64,000 bases of DNA from Trueperaceae bacterium (GCA_965214405.1 OZ243956.1:640001-704000), one strand, 5' to 3'. Positions 28,905 to 40,320 are shown, counted from the first letter of the stretch. The notes: generated by a model not told the origin, from the letters alone. Program-made: numbers and translations.

Positions 28905-30065
28905 ATGCCACACTTCCCCAACGCCAAACCCCAAGTTCTTGTCGTCGGCGCGGGCATCGTCGGGGGGAGTTGCGCGCACCACTTAGCGGCGCGGGGGGCG
29001 CAGGTGACGGTGCTCGAGCGCGCCCCCCACCCCGCGGGCGGGGCCACCGCCAAGTCCGCCGCGGGCATCCGCCACGGCTTTTCGCACCCTGAAAATGTCA
29101 GGATGTCGCTCCACAGCGCTCAAGCGTTCTCAAACTTTGAGGCGCTGACGGGGGTGGACGCGGGTTACCGAAAAGTCGGCTACCTTTTTCTCGTGCCGGA
29201 AGCGGGCTGGGCGGCGTGGGGAGAACAACTCGAGATGCAGCGCGCCCTCGGCGCGCGGGCCGACGTCTTGAACATCACAGACCTTCAAGCGCGCTTTCCC
29301 GACGTTTCCACCCAAGGTTTAGGCGGGGCCAGCTTCGGCCCCGACGACGGCGTGGTCGACCCGCACGCGGTCACGCTCGGCTATTTGGGCGCGGCGCGGC
29401 GGGCGGGGGCGCGGGTGAGGCTGGGGGCGGAGGTGCTCGAGCTTACCCACAAGAAAAACGTGTGGACTCTCTCCTGCAACGGCGAAACCTTTTACGCCGA
29501 CGCGGTCGTCAACGCCGCGGGGCCTTTCGCGGGTGAGTTGGGGCGGCGCGCAGGCTTGAACCTTCCCGTCCTCCCCACCCGCCGCAACGTCTACGTCACC
29601 GCGCCCCTGCCCGATTACCCGCACCCAAGCCCCTTGATGATTGACATGAGCACGGGCGTCTGGGTGCGGAGCGAGGGGGAACGCTTTATTTTTGGTTTGT
29701 CTAAGCTCGACGAGCCGCCGGGGGATAACCAGGCGGTCGATTGGGACTGGCTCGAGCCCACCCTCACCCAGGCGCTGCCGCGTTTTCCCTTTTTGGAGCG
29801 CGCGGGCTTAGACGCGCGCGCCTGCTGGGCCGGACTCTACGCCATCACCCCGGACCACCTGCCGATTCTAGGCGAGATGCCGAACGCACCGGGTTTTTTC
29901 AACGCCTGCGGCTTCTCGGGCCACGGCGTCCAGCACAGCCCCGCCACCGGGCTTATCATCGCCGAAGAGGTTTCGGACGGCGGCGCGCACTCGTTTAACA
30001 TCCAAAATTTTCGTTTCAAGCGCTTTCAAAAGGAGACGGTGAGGCTCGAGCAGAACGTGATTTAG
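28905..30065 (+). CDS. FAD-dependent oxidoreductase (DAO / sarcosine oxidase beta-like)
   Basis: VVGAGIVG, TPDHLPILG, GFSGHG. Confidence 0.9.
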   Translation: MPHFPNAKPQVLVVGAGIVGGSCAHHLAARGAQVTVLERAPHPAGGATAKSAAGIRHGFSHPENVRMSLHSAQAFSNFEALTGVDAGYRKVGYLFLVPEAGWAAWGEQLEMQRALGARADVLNITDLQARFPDVSTQGLGGASFGPDDGVVDPHAVTLGYLGAARRAGARVRLGAEVLELTHKKNVWTLSCNGETFYADAVVNAAGPFAGELGRRAGLNLPVLPTRRNVYVTAPLPDYPHPSPLMIDMSTGVWVRSEGERFIFGLSKLDEPPGDNQAVDWDWLEPTLTQALPRFPFLERAGLDARACWAGLYAITPDHLPILGEMPNAPGFFNACGFSGHGVQHSPATGLIIAEEVSDGGAHSFNIQNFRFKRFQKETVRLEQNVI

Positions 30066-30178
30066 GGACAAAGAGATTAGGAAGATGGGGTGTGAGGGTG
30101 GTGGCGAATCACCCTATTTCCCCCGCCCCTCCGCTCCCCAACACATTTTCAGATGTATGACGCCTGTGGCGCGTTAGA

Positions 30179-30832
30179 CTAAAACATCTCCTGCAAAGCA
30201 AGGGCTTCGTCCGCAGAGACATTTTTTATGGGCGTGGTCATGCCCTCGAGCGCCAGCCGCAAACTCTTGTGAAGCTCGCCCGCAATCGAGCGCCCCGTGT
30301 GGTAGGCCGCCCACTGCAACGCGTTCAAGAAAAACGTGTCGGCGAGGGTGCGCGCCAAACGTTCGCGCGACACGTCGCGCCGCACGAGCCCCGCCTTTTG
30401 CCCTTTGGAGAGCGCCTCACCGATAATCGCCGCGAGCGGGAGCGCTTCAAAGGCCGCTTTGGAGCGCGCCGGGTCGGGGTTGAGCAGTTCGTAACCGAGC
30501 GGCAGCATGAGCGTCCGGTTGGCCTCGACAAAGCGCGCCAGGTCGTCGAACACCGCGTAAAGAACCTCTACAGGTGACGTGCCCTGTACAAGCTGAGAGG
30601 CAACCTGCGCCTCTAGGTCGTGAAGGTGGACGGCGGTGTGCTCGAGCAAAATCGCCTCTTTATAAGGGTAATAGTTAAAAAACGTGCCGCGCGACACGCC
30701 CGCCGCCCCGGCGATATCGACCACGGTCGTTTCGGCAAACCCTTGAGTTCTAAAAAGCTTCATCGCTTCGCTGTAGATGCGCGCGCGCCGGTCGCGTTTT
30801 TGCCGCTCGCGCAAGGAGGTGGGAGGGTGCAT
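30179..30832 (-). CDS. TetR family transcriptional regulator
   Basis: GFAETTVVDIAGAAGVSRGTFFNYY. Confidence 0.92.
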   Translation of the reverse strand: MHPPTSLRERQKRDRRARIYSEAMKLFRTQGFAETTVVDIAGAAGVSRGTFFNYYPYKEAILLEHTAVHLHDLEAQVASQLVQGTSPVEVLYAVFDDLARFVEANRTLMLPLGYELLNPDPARSKAAFEALPLAAIIGEALSKGQKAGLVRRDVSRERLARTLADTFFLNALQWAAYHTGRSIAGELHKSLRLALEGMTTPIKNVSADEALALQEMF

Positions 30833-31006
30833 GGGGCTATTGTACCGGGAGGAGCGAATGGGGTTCGAGAGGTTTGCACAAGCGTTATTCGCGGTTAACG
30901 TCCACTTGAGAAAAAGAGTCGTCCAGCGGCGCCTCAAGCTCACACACCATGTCGTTATAAGCTGGTTGAGGATAAGGTCAGGGTTAACAAGCTAAAGTGA
31001 TTAAGG

Positions 31007-31390
31007 GTGATGAACGTGGGTGAGGTCAGAGCCAAAGTGATGTTGCTGGATACGCGGGGGCCGCTCGAGCTAGACGCCTTGGTCGATACCGGCGCGGTTA
31101 TCTCGCTGATAGGTCGAGATATTGCGGATTTTCTCGAGCTTTCCATCATCCGGCAGGGTGTATTCGAAATGGCCGACGGGCGCAAAATCACCCTGCCCAT
31201 CGTTGGGCCTTTGCACGTCAGCATCCTGGGACGAGAAGCGTATATCGAGGTCGCGGTAGCCGAGCCCAGTACGGAGCCGCTGATTGGTCAACTTGTTTTA
31301 GAGGCACTCGACCTCATCGTGGACGCGCCCCGCAAGAGGCTGAGGACCAGGCCCGAGTCGCCCACGTTGCCGAGCTACAAGCTGAAGTAG
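31007..31390 (+). CDS. Clan AA (retropepsin-like) aspartic protease
   Basis: ALVDTGA, ADG flap, LIG..LE. Confidence 0.85.
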   Translation: MMNVGEVRAKVMLLDTRGPLELDALVDTGAVISLIGRDIADFLELSIIRQGVFEMADGRKITLPIVGPLHVSILGREAYIEVAVAEPSTEPLIGQLVLEALDLIVDAPRKRLRTRPESPTLPSYKLK

Positions 31391-31483
31391 TCGAGACTGA
31401 AGCGCTGTTCAACCTCTCCAATAAACCCCAAAGGAAAAGCCGCCCGGTGGCGGCTCGAGTTTTACTGACTTGTTAAACGACGC

Positions 31484-31834
31484 TTACGCAGCTCTGGACA
31501 CTTCCACAAGCTTCCTGAACGCCTCGGGTTGCTGCACAGCCAAGTCGGCCAAGACTTTGCGGTTGATTTCGACACCCGACTTGCGCAGGCCGCTCATAAA
31601 CACCGAATAGCTCATCCCCTCCTGACGCGCGGCGGCGTTGATGCGCGCGATCCAGAGGCGGCGGAAGGTGTTCTTCTTATCGCGGCGGTCGCGGTATTCG
31701 TAGTCCGCGGCGTTAAGAAGCGTTTGCTGGGCGATGCGGAAGCTTTTAGAGCGTAAGCCCCAGAAACCCTTGGCGCGTTTTAAGACCTTTTTGTGTTTGG
31801 CGCGGCGGACCGTGCCGGTTCTGGCTCTTGGCAC
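31484..31834 (-). CDS. rplT: 50S ribosomal protein L20
   Basis: [26 protein letters not shown]. Confidence 0.98.
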   Translation of the reverse strand: MPRARTGTVRRAKHKKVLKRAKGFWGLRSKSFRIAQQTLLNAADYEYRDRRDKKNTFRRLWIARINAAARQEGMSYSVFMSGLRKSGVEINRKVLADLAVQQPEAFRKLVEVSRAA

Positions 31835-31843
31835 TCTCTACCC

Positions 31844-32041
31844 CTACTCGTAGGGCAAAAGCGCCTTGATGCGCTTTGCGTCGGGTTCGGCGATGATGAG
31901 GTCGGTGCGGCCCTGGCGAACGCGCTTGCCACTCTTTTTGAAGTTCAAGTGGCGCTTGCCCGAGCGCGACGCTTTGACCTTACCTCGCCCAGTGATCTTG
32001 ACACGGGCTTTGGTGCCCTTATGGGTCTTTAACTTTGGCAT
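31844..32041 (-). CDS. rpmI: 50S ribosomal protein L35
   Basis: MPKLKTHKGTKAR...LLPY. Confidence 0.97.
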   Translation of the reverse strand: MPKLKTHKGTKARVKITGRGKVKASRSGKRHLNFKKSGKRVRQGRTDLIIAEPDAKRIKALLPYE

Positions 32042-32208
32042 TTCTCTCCTTTGCGTGTTCGCAAACGCGGACGCGCGAATGGCTACTTGTTTAGCACTTG
32101 ATTTAGTCTTTGCGGTTCTTCTGCTGTTTCTCTGCAGCTCTATAGACGTAACACCTGCAACGTGACATCCCCAACAGTGTAACACTTTATATAACGTACA
32201 GGAGACGG

Positions 32209-32748
32209 CTAGCTTGCCTCGCTCGAGTCCTTGGCTTGGTCCCGCGTCGGCGCTAACACCATGTTCATGTCCATCCCGGCGATAACCGGTGCGGACTCGA
32301 CGGCGGCCATTTCGGATACGTCTTGGGCCACGCGGTAGAGCAGTTCTTGGCCCAGTTCGGGGTGCGTGCGTTCGCGCCCGCGAAACATGATGGTCGCCCG
32401 CACCTTGTGACCGCCCTTTAGGAAGCGGCGGATGTGGTTGACCTTGGTTTCGTAGTCGTGGTCGTCAATCTTGACCCGAAACTTGATGGCCTTCATTTCC
32501 TGCTGGCGTGAGCGCTTGCGCGCCTCTTTGTCCTGCTGCTGCTGCTCGTAACGAAACTTGCCGTAGTCCATGAGTTTCGCCACCGGGGGCTGCGCGGTTT
32601 CGCCGACCAACACCAAGTCAAGGTCGCGCTCTCTCGCACTTTGAAGCGCGTCGCGCGTGTCGACGATGCCCTGCTGCTCGCCGTCGTCCATGATAAGGCG
32701 CACCTGCCGCACCCGTATCTGTTCGTTGATTTTCAGCTCTCTCGCTAT
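32209..32748 (-). CDS. infC: Translation initiation factor IF-3, probable ATA start
   Basis: INEQIR, MDYGKF, IMFRGRE; GGAGG-8nt-ATA. Confidence 0.96.
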   Translation of the reverse strand: MARELKINEQIRVRQVRLIMDDGEQQGIVDTRDALQSARERDLDLVLVGETAQPPVAKLMDYGKFRYEQQQQDKEARKRSRQQEMKAIKFRVKIDDHDYETKVNHIRRFLKGGHKVRATIMFRGRERTHPELGQELLYRVAQDVSEMAAVESAPVIAGMDMNMVLAPTRDQAKDSSEAS

Positions 32749-32916
32749 GAACAACACCTCCTACGTCACGCTGTGTCACGTCCTCGAGCCTCATGACAAG
32801 GCAACCGAGTTATCCAGCGTCCTACTGTAGCAGATTAAGCGCCCAGAAGCAACGTGAGACGAACGTGAAAACCCCCTCCGACACACGTTGGGGGGGCCGC
32901 AGGATAAACTCTACTT

Positions 32917-33339
32917 ATGGCTATCCTTACTGACGTAGACGCCGTTAAACGCACCTTGCTCGAGCACCGCGCCGTCGCGGTGTTGGGCGCGCATCCCAAA
33001 GAACAAAAAGCCGCTTACTACGTGCCCAAGTATCTCGAGGGCGAGGGTTACGAGATTTATCCGGTGAACCCCGTGTACGCGGGTCAAACGCTTTTTGGTA
33101 GGGAGGTCGTGTCGAGCTTAAGCGACTTAGACGCGCCCGTCGACATCGTAGACGTGTTTCGCCGCGCCGAGAGCTTACCCGAGCATGTGGACGACATCTT
33201 GGCGATGGACCCGCCCCCCAAGGTGGTCTGGTTTCAGCTCGGCATCCGCAACGATGAGGTGGCGCAACGGCTTTCCGACGCAGGGCTCGACGTGATTCAG
33301 AGCCGGTGCATGTTGGCGGACCATCAGCGGTTGCTTTAG
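32917..33339 (+). CDS. CoA-binding protein (YccU-like)
   Basis: YPVNP, DIVDVFR, WFQLGI. Confidence 0.9.
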   Translation: MAILTDVDAVKRTLLEHRAVAVLGAHPKEQKAAYYVPKYLEGEGYEIYPVNPVYAGQTLFGREVVSSLSDLDAPVDIVDVFRRAESLPEHVDDILAMDPPPKVVWFQLGIRNDEVAQRLSDAGLDVIQSRCMLADHQRLL

Positions 33340-33341
33340 TT

Positions 33342-34511
33342 CTAAATTCCTCCGGCTCTCCACGCAGCTTTTGTGCCTGCGTCCAATCCTTTGGGGAGCT
33401 TCACTTTTTCCGCACCCAGATAATGACGAAACGCGCGTACGGCCCCCTCGAGCGCATCCAACATCTCAGCGTCCGGCGTACCATCCCCTTCCCACCACCA
33501 GGCGTATAAGTGCCAAACTTTGCCGGTGAGCCTCGAGTCCAGCCGCGCCACAAAGCGGTCGCCGTAGAAAACGGGCAAGACGTAATAGCCCCAGGTGCGC
33601 TTCGCTTCGGGTTTATAGACTTCCCAGACGTAGTCGAAACCGAAAAGGTGTTTGACCGTCTTGCGGTCCCAAAGAAGGCTGTCGAGCGGGGCCAAGAACC
33701 TCATGCGCGGGGGTGGGGAAGGGTGCTCGAGCCACGCCAGCACCTCCGGGAGCGCGTGAACAATCGTCCCTTCGACCTCAACTTTAATAAGCGCCCCCTC
33801 TTTCACAAGGTCGGCCATCAGCCGCTTTCGCTCGGCACTCCTGACAGGCAAACTCCAGAGCGCCGCGTCTGCGTTTGGCCTCAACAGCCCAGTCGTCTGG
33901 TGCCGCCGTAAAATGAGCCAGCGCAGGCTCTCCTCTTCAGCAGGACGAGCGTGTAAATACACCTCGGGGATGACCTCTTCAGGCAAACTATAATAATGCC
34001 GCCCCGCCACCCGGTGATGCGTGACAACCTGACCCGTGTCCCACAGCGCCCGCAGGATGTTTTTAACGAGTTTGGGTCCGTACCACGAGCCACGCCAATC
34101 ATCGACGTGCGCTTGGTCGGAGAACTCGAGGCTCGACAGCGGCCCCCGCTCGCGCAGCTCGGAAAGCGTCGCCGCCACCGCCTCCGCGTGTGACTCCAGC
34201 ACCCGCTCGGACCACCGTGCGTGAAAGTGCGCGTGGGTGAGCCTGCGGTAGGGCCAGTCGCTCACCGGGACCAGGCAGGCTTGCTTGTCCCAGGCGTCGT
34301 AAATGAGGCGGTCTCTGTACGCCGTCTTCTCCCAATCGTCCACCCGGTAGTTTGGGACTCGAGCCTGTAAAACCAAATCGTGATTGCGCCCAACCGGCTT
34401 GAGAGGGTCATATTGCACGCTGCCCAAGCGGTTAAATACGCCCGGAACGTCGGTGGGCGTGAAATGATAGCTGGCTAGGAGGCGGCGCGCGTCCCCTTTG
34501 GAGAGCTTCAC
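33342..34511 (-). CDS. YcaQ/AlkZ-like winged-helix DNA glycosylase (crosslink repair)
   Basis: SVQYDP, LAPLDSLLWDR, WEVYKP..KR.WGYYVLP. Confidence 0.85.
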   Translation of the reverse strand: MKLSKGDARRLLASYHFTPTDVPGVFNRLGSVQYDPLKPVGRNHDLVLQARVPNYRVDDWEKTAYRDRLIYDAWDKQACLVPVSDWPYRRLTHAHFHARWSERVLESHAEAVAATLSELRERGPLSSLEFSDQAHVDDWRGSWYGPKLVKNILRALWDTGQVVTHHRVAGRHYYSLPEEVIPEVYLHARPAEEESLRWLILRRHQTTGLLRPNADAALWSLPVRSAERKRLMADLVKEGALIKVEVEGTIVHALPEVLAWLEHPSPPPRMRFLAPLDSLLWDRKTVKHLFGFDYVWEVYKPEAKRTWGYYVLPVFYGDRFVARLDSRLTGKVWHLYAWWWEGDGTPDAEMLDALEGAVRAFRHYLGAEKVKLPKGLDAGTKAAWRAGGI

Positions 34512-34972
34512 CAGGTGTCGCCCCCCGAAGGCGGCGGCCACACGCCAAGAAGCTGACGGAGGAGTACCATGCGCCCAAAGTGGTAGGCGTTGTGGACGGC
34601 CAAGTCCTCGAGCACGTCCCTCACCGGCACAGCGCGCCCGGCGGAGTTTGACAAACGTTCGGGGTCGCCAGCCATGTGGCGGGCAACCTCTAAGTCACTG
34701 AGAAAGCGCGCCTTTAGAGGTTGCCAGGCCTCGAGGTCTGGGGATTCATCAGGCCAGCCCTCCGCCGCGTGCTCAGGCCAATCGACGCTCTCCCCTTTCG
34801 CCTTTTGAAGCAGCTTGCGCTGCCAAAAGTCCAGGTGCCACAGCTCTTCAAACAGGCTGTGCGGCACGTTTCCGGGGCGCGCGCCGACGTGTTCTACACT
34901 CAGTTCTTCGAGGACGTTTTCGGGCGCGGCAAATGCGGCGGTTTCCGTAAGCAACTTTTGAAGTTCGCTCAT
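34508..34972 (-). CDS. DinB family protein
   Basis: HSLFEELWHL, HNAYHFG. Confidence 0.88.
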   Translation of the reverse strand: MSELQKLLTETAAFAAPENVLEELSVEHVGARPGNVPHSLFEELWHLDFWQRKLLQKAKGESVDWPEHAAEGWPDESPDLEAWQPLKARFLSDLEVARHMAGDPERLSNSAGRAVPVRDVLEDLAVHNAYHFGRMVLLRQLLGVWPPPSGGDTW

Positions 34973-34992
34973 GCACCCATTCTATGCTCACT

Positions 34993-36036
<1,044 letters not shown>

Positions 36037-36180
36037 TTAAGAGGGCTCGAGCCCCAAGATTTCAATGTTTCTGTAACCAACGGCATATCCAAGATTTACT
36101 CCAAATATCGAGAAGCGAGCAGTACAGTCTTCTCGCCCGCTCCGTACCCAGAACCATTTCCTCGCTGACGGCTCATTCAG

Positions 36181-36522
36181 TCAACCATCATACGTTTGTT
36201 GCCAGTCGTAAAAACCCCACGAAAGTAAACTGTCCATGACCCTCCGAATCTGCTCTTCACTTGGCTTAACCGAACCTGGCCCGCCCGGGGTTGTTTGCAC
36301 CTTAAGGATGTCGTCAGCTACAACGTGATAGTCTTCTTCAAACACAAAGGAAACAAACTCCGCCAGGCTTCCCTGAGGCAGCCTAACTACAGCGATGAAA
36401 GCGTAATAAAGCTCATTGGGAACGCCATCTGGATATGCTGCGCGCACAATCTCGTACAAATCGTACAGCCATTTTGGTAGGTCCTTAGCTTTAGCGTGGT
36501 TCATTTCATTCAACTTCCTCAA
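36181..36522 (-). CDS. Hypothetical protein, DUF3349-like, lower GC
   Basis: RAAYPDGVP motif; probable start nearer 36504. Confidence 0.55.
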   Translation of the reverse strand: MRKLNEMNHAKAKDLPKWLYDLYEIVRAAYPDGVPNELYYAFIAVVRLPQGSLAEFVSFVFEEDYHVVADDILKVQTTPGGPGSVKPSEEQIRRVMDSLLSWGFYDWQQTYDG

Positions 36523-36611
36523 CTCATTCTATAGGTGCTAAAGGAGCTCTTCGACAGATTCGTCAGAAAATACGTTTGACATATTGACATCTCACTATTA
36601 TGCTTTGATGC

Positions 36612-36857
36612 ATGAGAACAACCATTCGACTCGAAGATTCACTTATGCAGGAGGTAAAACAGTACGCCGCCGAGCGTAACCAAACCCTCACAAGCGTAAT
36701 TGAGGAGGCGTTGAGAGAAAAACTTATGAAGCGCCAAGAGGCAAAGCGACGCGAGCCTTTCAAACTCAAGCCCTTTTCACGAGAAGGCAAGGGGCTCAAA
36801 CCTGGGGTTGACTTAGACAGCAACGCGGCGCTGCTAGACCTGATGGAAGACCGTTGA
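36612..36857 (+). CDS. vapB: VapB-type RHH antitoxin
   Basis: MRTTIRLEDSL..., PGVDLDSNAALLD; overlaps PIN gene. Confidence 0.88.
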   Translation: MRTTIRLEDSLMQEVKQYAAERNQTLTSVIEEALREKLMKRQEAKRREPFKLKPFSREGKGLKPGVDLDSNAALLDLMEDR

Positions 36858-37282
36858 TTCTGCTCGACGTGAACGTACTGGTTTACGCGTTTAGACCTGA
36901 CGCGCTCCAGCACGAGCGGTACGCGCAGTACCTCGAGACCCTCGTCAACGAAGAGGGTGCTTTTGGCCTCGCCGATATCGTCTGTAGCGGCTTCCTGAGA
37001 ATCACCACCCATCCCAAAATCTTTACGCCGCCCGCGTTTGTGGAGGAAGCGCTTACCTTTATCGAGGAGATAAGAACACAGCCCAACTGCGTCATCGTCT
37101 CGCCGGGCGAGCGGCACTGGCAAATTTTCACCTCCCTTTGTAAGCAAGTAGAAGCCAAAGGCAATCTTATAGCGGACACCTATCTTGCTGCCCTCGCCAT
37201 TGAATCCGGTAGCGAGTGGGTAACGGCGGACAGAGATTTTGCCCGCTTTCCGGGGCTGCGCTGGCGTCATCCGCTGAGTTAA
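36854..37282 (+). CDS. vapC: VapC PIN-domain toxin
   Basis: [27 protein letters not shown]. Confidence 0.93.
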   Translation: MILLDVNVLVYAFRPDALQHERYAQYLETLVNEEGAFGLADIVCSGFLRITTHPKIFTPPAFVEEALTFIEEIRTQPNCVIVSPGERHWQIFTSLCKQVEAKGNLIADTYLAALAIESGSEWVTADRDFARFPGLRWRHPLS

Positions 37283-38163
37283 ACCGCCACAAGCTGCGCC
37301 GCCGCGTACCGCACCACCTTAGCCGGAATATCCACCCCCGTCGTGGTAACCGAGTTGCGAAACTCCATCGTGTGATTGACTTCGACGACTAAAAGGCCGC
37401 CCTCACTCTCGAGCACGTCCACCGCCACCACCCCGCCCCCCACGGCTCGAGCCGCGCGCAAGCACACGTCTGTAAGTTCGTCATACAAGGGGCAGTTCGT
37501 CGCCACCGCGCCCCTGGCCGTGTTGGTTATCCAATGCGCCGAGTGGCGGTAAATCGCGGCGATGACCTCGTCGCCCACCACAAAAGCGCGGATGTCGCGG
37601 CCAGGCTTCTCGACAAATTCTTGAACGTAAAAAACCTTGTGCGCGGGGCCGCCCAGCGTCTCCTTGTGCTCCAAGACCGCCTCAACCGCGTCGCGGTCGT
37701 TGAGCCTCACGACCATCCGGCCCCAGGAGCCCACCACGGGCTTCATCACCACGGGGTAGCCGAAGCGTTCGCAGAGTTCCAACGCTGTTTCGCTGCTAAA
37801 GGCGAGCCCGGTTCGGGGCGTCTTGACGCCCGCTTTTAGCAGCGCCGCGTTCGTCGCACCCTTGTCGCCACAAGTCTCGATGACCGCGGGCCGGTTGATG
37901 ACGGTTGCGCCCAACGCGTCAAACACGCGGCTGAGCGCGAGCCCGCGCGTTTGGGACACGCAGCGCCCTAAGACCACGTCGAAGCGCGCCAGCGCGGACA
38001 TGTCGGAAAAGTCGGCGCTGAGCTGCGGGGCGTAAAGCTTTTCAAACGGAACGCCCTCGCGCTCAAACGCCTCGAACAGCATCCGCTCCTCGGGCCGCAG
38101 CCGGTCGTACAACACCGCGACGCGCGGCGCAGAAAGCGAGGGGGCGCGTTCTAAAACCGGCAC
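37279..38163 (-). CDS. lysX: Alpha-aminoadipate--LysW ligase (ATP-grasp)
   Basis: [36 protein letters not shown] overlaps lysW stop. Confidence 0.95.
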   Translation of the reverse strand: MPVLERAPSLSAPRVAVLYDRLRPEERMLFEAFEREGVPFEKLYAPQLSADFSDMSALARFDVVLGRCVSQTRGLALSRVFDALGATVINRPAVIETCGDKGATNAALLKAGVKTPRTGLAFSSETALELCERFGYPVVMKPVVGSWGRMVVRLNDRDAVEAVLEHKETLGGPAHKVFYVQEFVEKPGRDIRAFVVGDEVIAAIYRHSAHWITNTARGAVATNCPLYDELTDVCLRAARAVGGGVVAVDVLESEGGLLVVEVNHTMEFRNSVTTTGVDIPAKVVRYAAAQLVAV

Positions 38164-38318
38164 TACTCGCCCCAATCTTCGTCTTCTTCGGGGGCCAGCT
38201 CGAGCCTCAGGGGCTCCGTCCCAATGACCTCCAACTCGCCGCCGCACTCGCCACAGACGATGAGTTCACCGAGTTCTAAACCTTCTTGTTCAACATCGTT
38301 ACCGCATTCTGGACACAT
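38163..38318 (-). CDS. lysW: Amino-group carrier protein LysW (51 aa, absent from ORF track)
   Basis: [28 protein letters not shown]. Confidence 0.96.
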   Translation of the reverse strand: MCPECGNDVEQEGLELGELIVCGECGGELEVIGTEPLRLELAPEEDEDWGE

Positions 38319-38440
38319 GGCTGACTCCTTTGAATCTGAATTGTCGTTGAGGATATTTTGGGGTGGGGCTCAAGAGATTTGATCCACTCTCCCCCGGAAA
38401 CTGCCTATGTTTCTTGTAGGACGCGAGAATCGAAACGAAG

Positions 38441-38460
38441 AAAAAGGGCGCTGTAGCGCC
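38441..38460 (-). terminator. Candidate attenuator terminator upstream of lysW
   Basis: GGCGC-TACA-GCGCC followed by CTTTTT on the minus strand. Confidence 0.6.
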
Positions 38461-38478
38461 AAGGACGCCGGTACAAAA

Positions 38479-38508
38479 TCAGCCGAGAGGTTTTCGGAGC
38501 GCCTTCAT
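38479..38508 (-). CDS. Putative leader peptide MKALRKPLG
   Basis: ATG 7 nt after the -10 box, two Lys codons, followed by a terminator. Confidence 0.55.
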   Translation of the reverse strand: MKALRKPLG

Positions 38509-38515
38509 GGGGGCT

Positions 38516-38544
38516 ACTCTACGCCGTCAACCCGCGCCTGTCAA
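38516..38544 (-). promoter_or_regulatory. Sigma70-type promoter of the lysW-lysX operon
   Basis: TTGACA-17nt-TAGAGT. Confidence 0.75.
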
Positions 38545-38686
38545 GTAAAGAAACTGCGTGCTGGACGCGCTTCCTCTTTGTTTTTGTAGGCTGAACTCGA
38601 GCCTCACACAACGAACGAAACCGGCTTCTCCGCCTTCTTTGGATTGTTAAGTCAAAGGGTTCAAAAACCGCAGTTTCAAAAGTCGC

Positions 38687-39097
38687 CTAGACCGGCCAAA
38701 CCCCGTCGGATAAAAGAATCACGCCGGGAGCCTCCAACCTCTCCCGCCGCGCGTAAAGATAGGTCCAGACCGTCTCGCCCGTCGGATAAACTTTGGCAAG
38801 AACGCGGTGGTAGAGGGGCGGCGAGAGGTCGCAGCCCTCGAGCGCGTCTAGATGGGGCAGCGCCGCCTCTATATTTTCAAAATCCAGCATAAAGCCGTAG
38901 ACCCGCCCCTCGCCGAAATCGTCGGGAATCATGGCGGGGTAGGCCTCGGGCTCGAGCGCGTAGAGCCGCATCCCCTCCACATAAGCCTCTCTCGCCGAAA
39001 ACGCGCCGCCGAGCCCTGCTATATAAAAGTTCTTGCCGCCGGGTTTAAGCGTGCCGTAGACAAAAACGGAGGTGGTTTCGGGTAGGGGGTGCGGCAC
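38687..39097 (-). CDS. Gamma-glutamylcyclotransferase family protein
   Basis: VFVYGTLK, LDALEG. Confidence 0.9.
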   Translation of the reverse strand: MPHPLPETTSVFVYGTLKPGGKNFYIAGLGGAFSAREAYVEGMRLYALEPEAYPAMIPDDFGEGRVYGFMLDFENIEAALPHLDALEGCDLSPPLYHRVLAKVYPTGETVWTYLYARRERLEAPGVILLSDGVWPV

Positions 39098-39121
39098 GCT
39101 CGAGGCTACAAATCTTTGAGG

Positions 39122-40180
39122 CTACGAATGTACCGAGGTCGGCTCTCGAGCTACTTTTTCTTGAACCATCGGGACGACGCGGGTGCCCAGAAGCTCGATG
39201 GCGCTCAGCATCTTGACGTGCGGCAACAGGACGTTGGTCATCTGAAACGTGATGCGCGACACGCCGCCCAAAACCTCGTTGACATACCTCACCTTTTGCG
39301 TCACTGCGTCCGGGTCGCCAATCAGAAAAGGACCTCCTGGCGCGCACGCGGCGTCAAACTGCGCCCGAGACGGCGGAGCCCAGCCTCTTTCTCTGCCGAT
39401 GGTGGCGATGAGGCGCGCGTAGCCCGGATAAAACGCGTCCGCCGCGCCCTGGCTCGTTTCGCCCACAAAGCCAAACGCGTGGACGCCGACGCGCAACGCC
39501 GCCGCAGGGTGTCCAGCGCGGCGGCCCGCCTCGCGGTAGAGATCGATGAGCGGACGAAAGCGGCGAAAATCCCCGCCGATGATGGCGACCATCAGGGGTA
39601 AACCGAGCGTCCCGGCTCGAGCAAACGACGCAGGCGTGCCGCCGACGCCGACCCAGACAGGTAAAGGGTCCTGTAGCGGACGCGGGTAGACGCCCTGCCC
39701 GGTCAGCGGGGGGCGGTGCCGCCCCGACCAGTGGACGTGCGTGTTCCCGCGGATGTTGAGCAGGAGGTTTAACTTTTCCTCAAAGAGCGAATTGTAATCC
39801 TCTAAGTCAAAGCCGAACAGCGGATACGCCTCGACAGACGACCCGCGACCCACGACCATTTCCGCTCGACCCCTCGAAAGGAGGTCGAGCGTAGCGAAAT
39901 TTTGAAACACGCGCACCGGGTCGTCCGCGCTGAGGACGGTCACGGCGCTCGTCAAGCGGATGCGCTCCGTACGCGACGCCGCCGCCGCGAGAATCATTGT
40001 CGGCGCGGCGTCGAGATATTCTTTGCGGTGGTGTTCGCCCACGCCGAACGAGTGAACGCCGACCTTGTCAGCCATTTCAATCTCTTCAACAAGATTGTTC
40101 AGCCGCTCGCTGGCGCTTAAAGTGACGCCGGTCTCGGGGTCTGAAACCACGGCGGCAAAGCTGTCGATGCCGATTTGCAT
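39122..40180 (-). CDS. LLM class flavin-dependent oxidoreductase
   Basis: GVGEHH, LTSAVTVLS.DDPVR, ATLDLLS.GR. Confidence 0.92.
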   Translation of the reverse strand: MQIGIDSFAAVVSDPETGVTLSASERLNNLVEEIEMADKVGVHSFGVGEHHRKEYLDAAPTMILAAAASRTERIRLTSAVTVLSADDPVRVFQNFATLDLLSRGRAEMVVGRGSSVEAYPLFGFDLEDYNSLFEEKLNLLLNIRGNTHVHWSGRHRPPLTGQGVYPRPLQDPLPVWVGVGGTPASFARAGTLGLPLMVAIIGGDFRRFRPLIDLYREAGRRAGHPAAALRVGVHAFGFVGETSQGAADAFYPGYARLIATIGRERGWAPPSRAQFDAACAPGGPFLIGDPDAVTQKVRYVNEVLGGVSRITFQMTNVLLPHVKMLSAIELLGTRVVPMVQEKVAREPTSVHS

Positions 40181-40320
40181 AAGGATCTCCAAAGGGGGTG
40201 TGAGGGCTCGAGGCTCTGGCGAGCTACACTGCCTAATCTACTCTACTTAATCAAGTAGTATGTTTTCTAAGTTACACTGTCTGAGCACAAGAATTTAGGA
40301 AAAGACTTTCCTCTTTTTCC

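Noticed and set aside
28608..29068. Apparent large overlap between hisD and the FAD oxidoreductase gene
   Set aside because: Disappears with starts at 28849 and 28905, each behind a -10 box
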